Virus record (IMG/VR): IMGVR_UViG_3300042350_004528
Location: 234,834-298,833 of that record
DNA: 64,000 nucleotides
Reading direction: 5' to 3' (one strand)
In this document: piece after piece, positions 9,752-19,826 of the stretch
Position numbering within the stretch: the first letter of the stretch is position 1
Layout of the letters: every line of letters starts with the position of its first letter
The notes under the pieces: generated by a model
Seen by the model: the letters and a program-made list of their open reading frames with translations, nothing else
Told to the model about the DNA's origin: nothing
The model's database searches: none
Position numbers and translations under genes: made by a program

Positions 9752-10274
9752 AATTCAATTGTTTAAGTATTATATAGTCGTTCGTTTGAATGTATAAGTT
9801 GTTTTTACGCATCAGGGTAATAAATGAGTCTAACGGACTTGTTAATGGGAAATATTCGATGACATCGGATGGTATCCCATAATTTATATAATTAAACCCA
9901 GATAATCTGCGATATTTCTTCTCTCTACCCATTTGTTTATAAGGTCGACCAGAATCATCAATAAAATTAAACTCTTCCCAGCCATCTGGATCGCGTTTAG
10001 GTATATCCCAAGTTTCCTCGTATTTTGGTAACTTTTCAATAACCTCATTCAATAATTCTGGGTTTTCACCACATTGTGTGACAGTACCCATTAGTTTGTA
10101 ATTTTTCGATTCCCCTGGATTAAATTCAAACAAGATGTTACCATCGCTGGTGATTTTGCCCCATGCGTGATCCATTGTGATGTTTTCTCTAGGTGAATCA
10201 ATCTCTATCAACAATAATTTGTTCTTTATTGTGTATACTTCAATTGGATTCCATATCGCTTTTAAGTCTTGCAT
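9729..10274 (-). CDS. Hypothetical protein
   Basis: 181-aa ORF. Confidence 0.55.
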   Translation of the reverse strand: MQDLKAIWNPIEVYTIKNKLLLIEIDSPRENITMDHAWGKITSDGNILFEFNPGESKNYKLMGTVTQCGENPELLNEVIEKLPKYEETWDIPKRDPDGWEEFNFIDDSGRPYKQMGREKKYRRLSGFNYINYGIPSDVIEYFPLTSPLDSFITLMRKNNLYIQTNDYIILKQLNYEPGDEN

Positions 10275-10275
10275 A

Positions 10276-10737
10276 TTAACTATTCTTTAATGTACTATCC
10301 CAAGCTACATAACAAACTAGATCGTAATTAACTTTACTGGCATCATTGTTCAATATATATGGTTCACTTGGTTTAAATTTAACGTATTCGAGTATATCCT
10401 CAGCGGGTAATAACTCACTAAGTTGTACTAATTGTTTTAAACTTAATGACTTAAAAACCAATTTACTCAACATCAAATTCTCTGGATGGAGTCTACTTGA
10501 GAAGTGATAAAAGATATTGTCTTTAGTTACTAAGTGTTCGTTTAAACAATAGTCAACCAAATACATGAACCTCAGATCTTTGAACCATTTCGGTATTGCC
10601 TGATCATTCACATCAATACCATGGACAATCTTAAATTGAATCTGGTCAATATAAACACCACGCTCAAATTTACCAGCAGTCAAGCCGTTAAATGATGGGT
10701 TTTTGGGATTCGTGGTTATGTAATTGTTTAAATCCAT
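10276..10737 (-). CDS. Hypothetical protein
   Basis: 153-aa ORF downstream of a TAnnTTTG element. Confidence 0.55.
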   Translation of the reverse strand: MDLNNYITTNPKNPSFNGLTAGKFERGVYIDQIQFKIVHGIDVNDQAIPKWFKDLRFMYLVDYCLNEHLVTKDNIFYHFSSRLHPENLMLSKLVFKSLSLKQLVQLSELLPAEDILEYVKFKPSEPYILNNDASKVNYDLVCYVAWDSTLKNS

Positions 10738-10764
10738 ACCACAAATATAATCAAAATTTTTTAA

Positions 10765-11388
10765 TTACAAAACTTTAATGACATTTTCTGGACTAATTGC
10801 ATGATAATTAGTGCCAACCGTTATTATCTTAATCCCATCAATCTCCATAATAATAGGTTTTGGGGCATCGTTTGATAAAATCATTAACTCGGAATCATGG
10901 GTGTAGCCACACTCAACCAAAGCGGTTGTTAGCCTATGAATAATATAAACGCTGAGGTAATAATCTAAAACTTTCATATGGTAATTATAATCAAGCTCCT
11001 TTTTACCCGTCATACTACCCTGTCCGCTACCATCACATTCTTTACAATCAACAATACTCTCGCAACATTCGCACTCAATCTTACCATCACCATCACATGC
11101 ATAACAATCATCGTATTCATCAATCATTGGAACCGTGTTCAACTTAGTAATTAAATCACCTAATTTTACTGGTACATTATTATCCAGTTTCTGGTTCTTT
11201 AATACAAATGAAAAATCTGGCATACCATCGGTTTTAATTGTGATCTCATCATCTGGTATTTGCTCTTTTGGTACCATAATTAAAAGTCGAGAGTCTGTTG
11301 CGCAATAATAATCTTCGTACTCAAAATACGCATTTAGTTTGTCCGCTGCAAACATTTTAGCTGCATCTAGTAATTTAATCTTACTCAT
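10765..11388 (-). CDS. Hypothetical protein with DnaJ-type Cys-rich zinc finger
   Basis: CYACDGDG...CECC...CKECDGSG; start placed at MSKIK. Confidence 0.65.
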   Translation of the reverse strand: MSKIKLLDAAKMFAADKLNAYFEYEDYYCATDSRLLIMVPKEQIPDDEITIKTDGMPDFSFVLKNQKLDNNVPVKLGDLITKLNTVPMIDEYDDCYACDGDGKIECECCESIVDCKECDGSGQGSMTGKKELDYNYHMKVLDYYLSVYIIHRLTTALVECGYTHDSELMILSNDAPKPIIMEIDGIKIITVGTNYHAISPENVIKVL

Positions 11389-11671
11389 GTTGTCTTTTAT
11401 TTTTAAATTCTTCAAGTTGTTTTTCCACAATTCTATTCCAATCCATTTCATCGTACTTTGAGCCAATGGTTCCAAAATCTTTCTTATACTCGAATATTTC
11501 TTTAACCATTAAATCTTTATCAATTGGTGTAAACTTGTCCCAGTTTGTTAATATCATATCAACCGTTCGGCTAACAATAGGGGTTCTTCTCCCTAATGCA
11601 TATCTAAAAGCTGATATCATTATAACAGAGTCGACTCTAAATATTTTTCTAAATCTCGGATCTTTCGTCAT
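11381..11671 (-). CDS. Conserved phage hypothetical protein
   Basis: SAFRYALGR motif. Confidence 0.6.
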   Translation of the reverse strand: MTKDPRFRKIFRVDSVIMISAFRYALGRRTPIVSRTVDMILTNWDKFTPIDKDLMVKEIFEYKKDFGTIGSKYDEMDWNRIVEKQLEEFKNKRQHE

Positions 11672-11672
11672 G

Positions 11673-12074
11673 TTATTCTCTATAATAATCGTTTTTTATA
11701 TGAATATGGCCATTATATATTGGTGAAAACCCATCGAAAGATTCAGCAGGTTCTTCCAATGCAAATCCCAGTAAAACCAATTTGACATCAAATTTATCGT
11801 TCACCGATGAGTAAACCAATTCTTTACCACAAAAAAATAAACAATTTTCTAAAAAATCTGGTATTATTTTTTTAAAATCGTAAGAAGCATCAAATGCTTC
11901 AATCACATCAATACCCACCCTATCAACAATATAATCAATTTTAACACCGAAATAATTTTTTCTAATCGATGTTAATGACTTAAGTGATAAAACATAAGCA
12001 CCCAGTTTACCTGTGAGTTTGTTTAATGGATCGTCTATATTAAAATTAGTATCAAGATAATGAAAAATATTCAT
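11673..12074 (-). CDS. Hypothetical protein
   Basis: 133-aa ORF. Confidence 0.5.
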   Translation of the reverse strand: MNIFHYLDTNFNIDDPLNKLTGKLGAYVLSLKSLTSIRKNYFGVKIDYIVDRVGIDVIEAFDASYDFKKIIPDFLENCLFFCGKELVYSSVNDKFDVKLVLLGFALEEPAESFDGFSPIYNGHIHIKNDYYRE

Positions 12075-12372
12075 GGTTTTTTATTACAATGTAATTTATA
12101 ATCTTATGTTTCAACACCAAATCGACAATATTTTTTTTCAAAACAAGTTTTTTAACTTTAGATTTGGATCCATCATATATGTGAAAATAAAAATCAAAGA
12201 TTTCTTTATCATAGTAATGGTAGGGCCCGATTAAATCCACCAACCCAGCTTTTTTTAGCGCCAGATAGTATTCCTCGATTTTTTCATAGTCACTTTCAGA
12301 TAACGGATTCTTTATGTTATCTAACAAAATTTTGTTGACAGAAACTTCTCTTTCTATTTCTAATACATCCAT
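12052..12372 (-). CDS. Hypothetical protein
   Basis: 106-aa ORF. Confidence 0.5.
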   Translation of the reverse strand: MDVLEIEREVSVNKILLDNIKNPLSESDYEKIEEYYLALKKAGLVDLIGPYHYYDKEIFDFYFHIYDGSKSKVKKLVLKKNIVDLVLKHKIINYIVIKNHEYFSLS

Positions 12373-12373
12373 A

Positions 12374-12970
12374 TTAAATTATTTGATCGATAACACCATT
12401 TTTCAAAGCTTCTTCTGCCGAAAAATACCAATCTTTTTTAAGATTTTTGATTTGGTCAAGTTGTTTCTGTTTCAGACGAGTACAATCAATTAAATGTGCG
12501 TCATAAACCATCATAATCCTTTTGGTTTCTTCAAGATTTTCCTTCAATATACTAAGTTTATCGTATGGCATTTGATCCAAACACTCATGATACATGTATG
12601 TCGATAACTTGTGTCCGTATCTTTTATCCCCAGATACTAATACAAGTAGAGCCATCGACATAGCAGAACCAAAACAATAAGTATAGACCTCGGTATTCGA
12701 ACTCTCTATTGCCGCGATTAAAGCAAAGCCATCATATACCGATCCCCCAAAGCTATTCACAATCAATTTTATTGGCTTACGTTCATAATCAACCAAATTC
12801 TCTTGGTTCTCGTCATCATACTCATTAATCTCAGCAATATATTGGATTATATCGCCTACGGAAGATTCATCTATCTCGCTACTTAGTGTGATCGTCCTTG
12901 ATGGATTTTCCCTATCAAAAGAAAAATACCTATTCTTCTTTTTGTTCTGGTTTTTTAATTTCATATTCAT
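12374..12970 (-). CDS. clpP: ClpP-like protease subunit (divergent copy)
   Basis: VNSFGGSVYDG, GSAMSMA (catalytic Ser), MYHE, FSAEEALKNGVID. Confidence 0.85.
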   Translation of the reverse strand: MNMKLKNQNKKKNRYFSFDRENPSRTITLSSEIDESSVGDIIQYIAEINEYDDENQENLVDYERKPIKLIVNSFGGSVYDGFALIAAIESSNTEVYTYCFGSAMSMALLVLVSGDKRYGHKLSTYMYHECLDQMPYDKLSILKENLEETKRIMMVYDAHLIDCTRLKQKQLDQIKNLKKDWYFSAEEALKNGVIDQII

Positions 12971-13268
12971 ATGTCAACCATGGTTTTTTTTGTTGGGTGT
13001 TTAGTGCCTCAACTATCTTATTATAATTTTCTTCATAAAATCTTTCACCGTCTTCCGAATTTGCCCAAAATAGAAATCCTGGTTCAGTCTGCGTCCTCCC
13101 CAGGATTTCTTTTGTTGCTCTTCTATCTTTTTTAAGAAATGAAATACTAACATAGTTCAGTATAAACTTCCCATCAGTCTTTGACCAATACGCCAGTTGG
13201 CCAAATTTTTGTTTGTTCTTTACTCTGGCATTTTCAATAATCTCTATTAAAAATTTAACATTTCCCAT
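12930..13268 (-). CDS. Hypothetical protein
   Basis: 112-aa ORF. Confidence 0.5.
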   Translation of the reverse strand: MGNVKFLIEIIENARVKNKQKFGQLAYWSKTDGKFILNYVSISFLKKDRRATKEILGRTQTEPGFLFWANSEDGERFYEENYNKIVEALNTQQKKPWLTYEYEIKKPEQKEE

Positions 13269-14650
13269 TAACTAGATTCTTCCATATCAACCACACCCGA
13301 GTCTTTAACTATACCCTCAAGAACCTTAAACTCAAAAGATTTGTGTTTGTAAATTCTAGGTACCAGACCAGATTCTAATCTGACACATACACCCTCACGG
13401 ATATGGGTATCATCGAGCATTGATTTACCTTTAGAATAAATATCAACAAGTTCAGTAATCTTGTCATTAAAATCCCTATCACCGTTTATACTTGGATAGG
13501 TTAATTCCATTTCAATTCTTCTGAAACGTGTTATCTCTGGAACATGTTTTACACCTATCTCATTACATCTTTTAACAACATCATCCCAAGTGTAATCAAC
13601 TGATTGGCCATCTGGGTTGGTCATTGTCATACGGTACACATAAAAGTCTTGTTGGGCTGTCGAACAACCATATGAGTAAACCATGTGCTTTTTATCGCCC
13701 ATGTTGGAATACTGTTTCGTGAATTCCTTATCACCCATTTTACTTGTATCAACAGATGGCATGATTGGCGTATTCTCATTCTCATAACCAACAATCTCAA
13801 GATAAACAGTCTCACCTTTTCTTAGATTACCTTTGAAAAGAGCGAAAGCTTTATCTCTTATGGTTGGATCATGGAATTGGGTTGCATTTGATTTAGCCTC
13901 CTCCAAAACAACTCTGCGTGTACCAGTTAAATAAGCCCATTCAGTCTCGTTTATCTTGATACCAAGCTTAATCAATAATCTTTCAAACCAATTTAAATCA
14001 CGGTCAACCAACACATGCCCAACTCTATGAGAAGTTCCGTGTAGTTTTTCTGTGATGACAACCAAATCCTCACGATTTATTTGATGTACATTCTTACCAA
14101 AATGTTCGGTATCAATATGTTCCTTGAACATAACCGAAGTTTTTGCCACTCTGGTTTTTTTACCTTGGTTTTGTTGAGCGGCTTTTATTGTGTTCGGGTT
14201 GATGTACTTATTACAAATTGGTACACCACCCCATTCATCAATCTCAAGACCCTCATCAACCAGACCAGTCACATAAATGAAACCAAAACTGTGTAATGGT
14301 GTCCAGAAACCATCTGAGATTTCCCCACGAAATCTCTGGGCCCTAACCCTACGGTTATCATCAAACATACCAGCTTTATCATCTGGGAATTTGTTCTTTG
14401 TTTTATCTCGATATAAGTTATTCGCATGGCAAAACTCATGAGATAACTGACCATCACATGGGAAGTATACCCCCCAATGATCTTCTTTGCAATCTAAACC
14501 AACCACCACTTGATTACCGTGGCATGTCGCTAATTGCACCTTATCCGCATTAGGATGCGGTCTAACGTTTTTAAGTTTTGTTACTATTCCTTTATACATA
14601 TTTTTTACTTTGATTCTACCATTACGTAAGTACCCTCTACCATACCCCAT
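13268..14650 (-). CDS. ATP-dependent RNA ligase with N-terminal OB/tRNA-binding-like domain (DRB0094/Rnl5-like)
   Basis: N-terminal HPNADKVQ...FPCDGQL, motif I TEKLHGTS, REGVCVR, YKHKSFEF. Confidence 0.8.
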   Translation of the reverse strand: MGYGRGYLRNGRIKVKNMYKGIVTKLKNVRPHPNADKVQLATCHGNQVVVGLDCKEDHWGVYFPCDGQLSHEFCHANNLYRDKTKNKFPDDKAGMFDDNRRVRAQRFRGEISDGFWTPLHSFGFIYVTGLVDEGLEIDEWGGVPICNKYINPNTIKAAQQNQGKKTRVAKTSVMFKEHIDTEHFGKNVHQINREDLVVITEKLHGTSHRVGHVLVDRDLNWFERLLIKLGIKINETEWAYLTGTRRVVLEEAKSNATQFHDPTIRDKAFALFKGNLRKGETVYLEIVGYENENTPIMPSVDTSKMGDKEFTKQYSNMGDKKHMVYSYGCSTAQQDFYVYRMTMTNPDGQSVDYTWDDVVKRCNEIGVKHVPEITRFRRIEMELTYPSINGDRDFNDKITELVDIYSKGKSMLDDTHIREGVCVRLESGLVPRIYKHKSFEFKVLEGIVKDSGVVDMEESS

Positions 14651-14886
14651 GAAGATTCTTCATGAAAGTAATATGTTTCTGGTACGTCTTTGTCTGTCAT
14701 AGGTCTTGTCAGATACCATAATTGTGACCCTTTCCAAGTGACATTTAACAATTTTTGACCTTTTGGTAAATGCAATGTGGCCTCACCGCCCCAGTTTTTA
14801 ACCCGAGAGTTATCAGTACAGGATGTAAATAAACAAACTGAAATAATGGCCGCCCAAATAGATGCGATGATAATAATTTTTCTCAT
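14605..14886 (-). CDS. Lipoprotein, hypothetical
   Basis: Signal peptide ending FTSC; start placed at MRKII. Confidence 0.65.
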   Translation of the reverse strand: MRKIIIIASIWAAIISVCLFTSCTDNSRVKNWGGEATLHLPKGQKLLNVTWKGSQLWYLTRPMTDKDVPETYYFHEESSWGMVEGTYVMVESK

Positions 14887-14985
14887 ATTATTTTTATTAA
14901 GGTACAAAGATAGTGATTATTTTTTTAATTCGCAAATAAAAAAACCCCACAGAGGGGGTTTTTTAAAAAAAAATTCATATTAAAT

Positions 14986-15312
14986 TTAAATAGAGAATAT
15001 TTCTGCGAGTTGATCTATGAATTTATTCTTTGGTACATAACCGCTTTTAGTAGCGATTTTTGCCCCATTCTTGTAATATAAAAGGGTTGGAATTCCTCTT
15101 ACATTATTTTTTGCAGCTAACTCTGGACAATTATCCACGTTAACTTTGCATATTTTAACGATACCAATTTGATCCGCAGTTTCTTCTAGAACTGGGGCTA
15201 AAGATTTACAAGGGCCGCACCATTCAGCGTAGAAATCAACCACTACCTTATCTTGACTTGAGATTATTTTTTCGAAATCGCTTTCATTTTCAATTGAAAT
15301 TACATTTGACAT
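14986..15312 (-). CDS. trxA: Thioredoxin
   Basis: DFYAEWCGPCK, VRGIPTL. Confidence 0.95.
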   Translation of the reverse strand: MSNVISIENESDFEKIISSQDKVVVDFYAEWCGPCKSLAPVLEETADQIGIVKICKVNVDNCPELAAKNNVRGIPTLLYYKNGAKIATKSGYVPKNKFIDQLAEIFSI

Positions 15313-15367
15313 ATTAATTTTATTAATTTTTTATTATTTTATACAACTATAAATATACAAATTTTGT

Positions 15368-16159
15368 TTATAATGATAAATCGTTTAATGAATAAATTCT
15401 TTTATAGCCAACATTATATCTTCGGTTATGTTCGCAATCCATAAGAAATGTGCATATACCAGCGTTGTTCAATTCAACAAAATTTTCATATCTATCATCA
15501 ACAAACCAATCGATACCAGATTTTTTTGCTACCTCAACTTTTGATTGGTCAAACCCGATACTATAAACTGGAACCGCTGGGAAATTCCACTTTTTTAACC
15601 ACTCTTCAGTCCATTCCCTGGGAATTGATCTTGATGTGATATAACAATGTGGCTCAAATGGTAGGTCTTTTGGGGTCACTTTGGGCTCAATGTTGAGCCA
15701 GAAATCCTTATCATCTCGCATTAATTCGAATTTTTCCTTAATATTTCTATCAAAATTCCAAAATAACACTGGTTCAATGATACCATGTCTTTTTGTCCAA
15801 GCGCCTAACCAATCAGCTAAAACTTCATCAATATCCAACCCTATCTTTGGTGGGTTAAGGTACCGATGTCGTCTATCATCACCTTGTGGGTGTATCTTAT
15901 AGAACTCGGTTAAAAAAGCTGCGTTTGTTAATACATGTGAAATATGTAACAATCCACTTTCAGGATCATGGTCTTCACCGTTCTTAAAAGCATTCAAGTG
16001 CCTCTCAAGTGATGCTATTACCTCAGACCATTGTAGGCCGTTCTCCCAATCCCTTTCGCCGTATATCTCAGCACCCTTCATAAGTGCTGTCGCTAACTGG
16101 TTATACGCAAATGGGGGAACCAGGTCATAGCGAGGTTTATCTTTTTTTTCTCTATTCAT
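15368..16159 (-). CDS. Fusion: dATP/dGTP diphosphohydrolase-like domain (DUF5664-like) + HAD 5'-nucleotidase-like domain
   Basis: N-terminal KPRYDLVP...GAEIYGERDW...DPESGLLHISH; C-terminal LDIDEVLADW...ITSR...FVDD. Confidence 0.75.
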   Translation of the reverse strand: MNREKKDKPRYDLVPPFAYNQLATALMKGAEIYGERDWENGLQWSEVIASLERHLNAFKNGEDHDPESGLLHISHVLTNAAFLTEFYKIHPQGDDRRHRYLNPPKIGLDIDEVLADWLGAWTKRHGIIEPVLFWNFDRNIKEKFELMRDDKDFWLNIEPKVTPKDLPFEPHCYITSRSIPREWTEEWLKKWNFPAVPVYSIGFDQSKVEVAKKSGIDWFVDDRYENFVELNNAGICTFLMDCEHNRRYNVGYKRIYSLNDLSL

Positions 16160-16161
16160 AG

Positions 16162-16743
16162 TTATTGATTAATGTTGAAGGCTCGATCATATGCCCCATC
16201 TAGTATAATCTTTTTATGGAGTTTCATTGTTATTTCAGCATCATATAAAGCATTATGTTGACCACCATTCTTATCCAAGCCAAGTATTAGGTGCCTATTT
16301 TTTTTAGGATCGTGATACCAAATCTTTAAAACTGTTGCCATATCATATGGTTGATATCCGTTAAAATTATTTGGTAATTTTCTGGACGGTTCTCCCATAA
16401 AATATAAATCCATGAATAAAACCCAATCAAAAGCTAAAGTATCACCCCAAAACTCAATATCCTTAAATTGTTTTAACCAAGTAACTAAAGCATCTGATAT
16501 TGTTTGTTTATCTTGTTTTATGGTGAAGGATTTATTCTCCTCGTCATTTTCAAAAAAATGAACGTATTCGGAATATGTGAGCTTGGGTATAACATTATCT
16601 TTAATCCATTGGTCACATTGTGATTCATCGTAGTCATTAAATTCAGCGTAAAATTTATGACCATTTTCTGTTATCATCCCTAAAGAAATGGGTGTGGTTG
16701 CTTTATGCAAACCAGTAAATTCAAAATCAAAAAATATTCTCAT
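16162..16743 (-). CDS. DEDDh 3'-5' exoribonuclease (Rv2179c-like), second copy
   Basis: FDFEFTG, WGDTLAFDW, QHNALYDA. Confidence 0.8.
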   Translation of the reverse strand: MRIFFDFEFTGLHKATTPISLGMITENGHKFYAEFNDYDESQCDQWIKDNVIPKLTYSEYVHFFENDEENKSFTIKQDKQTISDALVTWLKQFKDIEFWGDTLAFDWVLFMDLYFMGEPSRKLPNNFNGYQPYDMATVLKIWYHDPKKNRHLILGLDKNGGQHNALYDAEITMKLHKKIILDGAYDRAFNINQ

Positions 16744-16767
16744 GGTACAAATATAGGTTATTTATTT

Positions 16768-17184
16768 TTATTTAGCAACTTTATTTAATTTTAATACAAA
16801 TTCAGTTAAATCAGTCGTATTGTAATTAGCCATTTTCTCATCAATCGAACCATTAATAGAATCTTTAATTAAATTGTAATTTTCTTCTTTTAAAAATTTC
16901 AAAGACTCATCATCAGACCATATTTTATCGCCCCAGGGATGTATAAAAAATTGTTTCAAAGTCATATTGATTGTTGGTACTGGTTGTTTATGACCAGCAA
17001 CAATTTCAGGTATTCCTATTTCTTCGGTTAAGTAAAAAAATAGAATCGCTTTACGCTCACTAAGAATGGTGATTAATTCTTCCATCTTTGGAAGAGCTAA
17101 ACGATCGTGTATATTGCGATGATGATTAATCGTTCTATGTAAATCGTTTAGCTTTTCTACAACCTGTTCGTTTGTATAAAACAT
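16768..17184 (-). CDS. Hypothetical protein
   Basis: 138-aa ORF. Confidence 0.5.
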   Translation of the reverse strand: MFYTNEQVVEKLNDLHRTINHHRNIHDRLALPKMEELITILSERKAILFFYLTEEIGIPEIVAGHKQPVPTINMTLKQFFIHPWGDKIWSDDESLKFLKEENYNLIKDSINGSIDEKMANYNTTDLTEFVLKLNKVAK

Positions 17185-17185
17185 G

Positions 17186-17629
17186 TTAATCGATTATAGT
17201 TTCAATTGTATGGGGCACTACCCATCTAGCGCAGTCTTGGGGTAAGCGATGGATATGTTTATAGTTATTTATATAACCCATCATGTTTGCTGAACCGACA
17301 GCATTAGCTGAATGAACCATTACCTTACAAACAGGCGCACCATTCAACCACTGTTCAACTAACCATTTAGTGCAGTCCATACCAGTTTTTTCGGTGATGT
17401 TATCATAGTTCAATTGATAATTGTGATAAACATTTGTGTGCCATTCTTTCATCGCACTATCACCAAGATCATGATCAAGTGATATTAAATCAATATTCTC
17501 TAAACCAATTTCGGTTATTTTGGAAACAAACTCATCGTAGTCTCTGACAACAGTCCACTCGATTGTCATGTGTGTTGACGGGTTAGGTAAAGGCGTCCTA
17601 AGATCGTCTAAGTATATATTATATCTCAT
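17186..17629 (-). CDS. Cyclic-phosphate-processing receiver-like domain protein (cREC-like)
   Basis: YLDDLRTP, ISLDHDLG, TGMDCTKWL, VHSAN. Confidence 0.8.
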   Translation of the reverse strand: MRYNIYLDDLRTPLPNPSTHMTIEWTVVRDYDEFVSKITEIGLENIDLISLDHDLGDSAMKEWHTNVYHNYQLNYDNITEKTGMDCTKWLVEQWLNGAPVCKVMVHSANAVGSANMMGYINNYKHIHRLPQDCARWVVPHTIETIID

Positions 17630-18024
17630 AATTTTATCTCAAATCTATTTTTCATTATTTCTAATTTATCTTCTGGTACACCGTGTATGTTTTTACCACC
17701 ATGCCTATTTTCTACGATTAAAGATGTTACTTTGTAATCGTAGTATTTAGCTTTTTCGTAGTAGAAATCCATTTCCCATTCTTGGGTAAATGTGTTAGAT
17801 ACTATGATTATCGATGTATCGTTAGCCATAGCTTTTTCCGTTTGGATCATACACCAGTTGTGTGCCATTTTAATATCGGCTGGGTTAAACTTGTATTCTC
17901 CGTCCTTCATGAAATACATGTCAGCTTCAAAGTGAGCATATCCAGCACCCTTTGCACCGATTAAATCAGCGACTGTTGACTTACCACTTCCAGGCAATCC
18001 GCGTAATAATATTAAATCTTTCAT
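17626..18024 (-). CDS. P-loop kinase (AAA_33 / polynucleotide-kinase-like)
   Basis: RGLPGSGKST, EAD, VSNTFTQEWE, HGVPED. Confidence 0.85.
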   Translation of the reverse strand: MKDLILLRGLPGSGKSTVADLIGAKGAGYAHFEADMYFMKDGEYKFNPADIKMAHNWCMIQTEKAMANDTSIIIVSNTFTQEWEMDFYYEKAKYYDYKVTSLIVENRHGGKNIHGVPEDKLEIMKNRFEIKL

Positions 18025-18482
18025 TTTTTTACTTCTTTTGTTTTTATTTCTCTTAAATCTTCTGTTGGTACAATTGTTAAAACATCATACCTACCTCGTC
18101 TGCGATACATTTTATACGGTTCGGGTTCATCTGTAACAACCATCATTAATTTATCCTCAACCATCTTAATTAAATTGTCTCGTTTAACAACCAACCAAGA
18201 ATCATCAGTTTCGAATGAAATGTAATCAGCCATACCATATAACCAACCAGGTTTACCGTGAACATTTTCGATCTCAACCCAATGTATAGCTGGGTCAACA
18301 CTTGCATCCGAACGGCTAATTTTTTTCAAACCCTTTATATCAAACTTAATATTATCTATTTGAACATCCCAATGTTCATTAATATCTTGTTCGGTTGTTG
18401 GGTAAACAAGTTCGTGACCAGGTTTACTAACCAAATCAACAAACTCTTTTTCTTTTAATTTACCATCAGACAAAAACCCCAT
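18021..18482 (-). CDS. Hypothetical protein, possible PD-(D/E)XK nuclease fold
   Basis: HWD...FDIK and GWLYG patterns. Confidence 0.5.
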   Translation of the reverse strand: MGFLSDGKLKEKEFVDLVSKPGHELVYPTTEQDINEHWDVQIDNIKFDIKGLKKISRSDASVDPAIHWVEIENVHGKPGWLYGMADYISFETDDSWLVVKRDNLIKMVEDKLMMVVTDEPEPYKMYRRRGRYDVLTIVPTEDLREIKTKEVKK

Positions 18483-18961
18483 TACGCCAATCTAAACTGA
18501 TTTATAAATGTTCTAATTTTATAGTTAGTTTCACCACCAATAGCTTCAATAAACAAATCAATCTCTTCGTTAGTTGCGAATGGTTGCGGTTCTGGGTATT
18601 TTGTTTTATTAAAGATTCGTTCATCGATAATAAAAACAATCGCCGTTAACTGGTCACCCAAATCTGGTTCATAAAATGCCGCATGTGGAATACCCAGGTC
18701 TAATAAAGCCATCAAGTGTCTATTCATAGAACCAAACGGTAGGCCATCGTCAGTACTCATATTGGTATTTGTTGTACCACCATTCAGAATAATGAATGTC
18801 TTCCAATTATCAGCCCAATCTTTATAGATAGCTTCCATGTTTTTCACACCATCACAATTTCTACTATACTCAACAACAGCGTGTCCAAATTGGATGCCTT
18901 GTTGAATTGGTGATATATTATACGGAACCAACCCGTACATTCTAAGTTCTAATCTTTCCAT
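18482..18961 (-). CDS. Peptidyl-tRNA hydrolase 2-like protein
   Basis: QQGIQFGHA, ILNGG, EPDLGDQLTAI. Confidence 0.7.
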   Translation of the reverse strand: MERLELRMYGLVPYNISPIQQGIQFGHAVVEYSRNCDGVKNMEAIYKDWADNWKTFIILNGGTTNTNMSTDDGLPFGSMNRHLMALLDLGIPHAAFYEPDLGDQLTAIVFIIDERIFNKTKYPEPQPFATNEEIDLFIEAIGGETNYKIRTFINQFRLA

Positions 18962-19266
18962 TAAAAATCTAATTCAAGTTGTTTAAGTTCGGTATCAATT
19001 TCATTTAACACCAATTTATTGTATGATTTGGTTACATCGCGATCATTCAAATCAATAATAGTTGGCCCATCCTTTGATTTACCATGTGCCGCAGAAATCA
19101 ATTCATTATTCTTGTAAACGAAAACAATAGGTTGATACATCTCAAAATATTTTTGAGATTGCTCTGGTTGAGCTGGGTTACAAATATCCCAAAGGACTTT
19201 GGCGTTAGCTAATCTAACTAATTCAATCGCGTGAGCAGCATTTTTCGGTTTTCTGTATGTGTACAT
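18961..19266 (-). CDS. Hypothetical protein
   Basis: ORF; start placed at MYTY. Confidence 0.5.
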   Translation of the reverse strand: MYTYRKPKNAAHAIELVRLANAKVLWDICNPAQPEQSQKYFEMYQPIVFVYKNNELISAAHGKSKDGPTIIDLNDRDVTKSYNKLVLNEIDTELKQLELDF

Positions 19267-19310
19267 AATTTTTTTTACAAAGATAAGAATAAAATTTTTA
19301 ATATGCAAAT

Positions 19311-19826
19311 TTATGAAAAAGTTAAAATTATATCCTTAACGGTATCATCGTTTGTGTGTGTCCTGGCCGTTAATAACTTATACTTCTCAAAAAATGGGTC
19401 GTACTCTGATGAAAAATATTGATATTTATTCAACTCGTCTATATTTTTCGCAAAATATTCATTGACCATAATTCTTTCACTTGATGTGGTCTGCATAAGC
19501 ATTATGTAAACCAAGAAACCATCATCAGTTGTTAAAAAAACAACGTTATTTTTAAAATTGATTGATATGAAATTTAAAAAATCGTCATTAATCATACCCG
19601 AATATTTGAATGGGCATAATTTATACAGAACACCCATCTGGCCAATCAATATCGGTTGTATTTCTTGATTAAAAGAATTGGTGATAAATATATTATCACC
19701 ATTTTCTTCAAGGATTTTTGCAAAAAAAATATCCTTGAACACATTCTTATTTAAGTCAATATAATACTTTATGATTTTGTTAAAAGCCTCATCAAAAAAT
19801 TTTGGATCTTTCATTTTAACCATCAA
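19311..19826 (-). CDS. Hypothetical protein
   Basis: 171-aa ORF. Confidence 0.5.
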   Translation of the reverse strand: MMVKMKDPKFFDEAFNKIIKYYIDLNKNVFKDIFFAKILEENGDNIFITNSFNQEIQPILIGQMGVLYKLCPFKYSGMINDDFLNFISINFKNNVVFLTTDDGFLVYIMLMQTTSSERIMVNEYFAKNIDELNKYQYFSSEYDPFFEKYKLLTARTHTNDDTVKDIILTFS

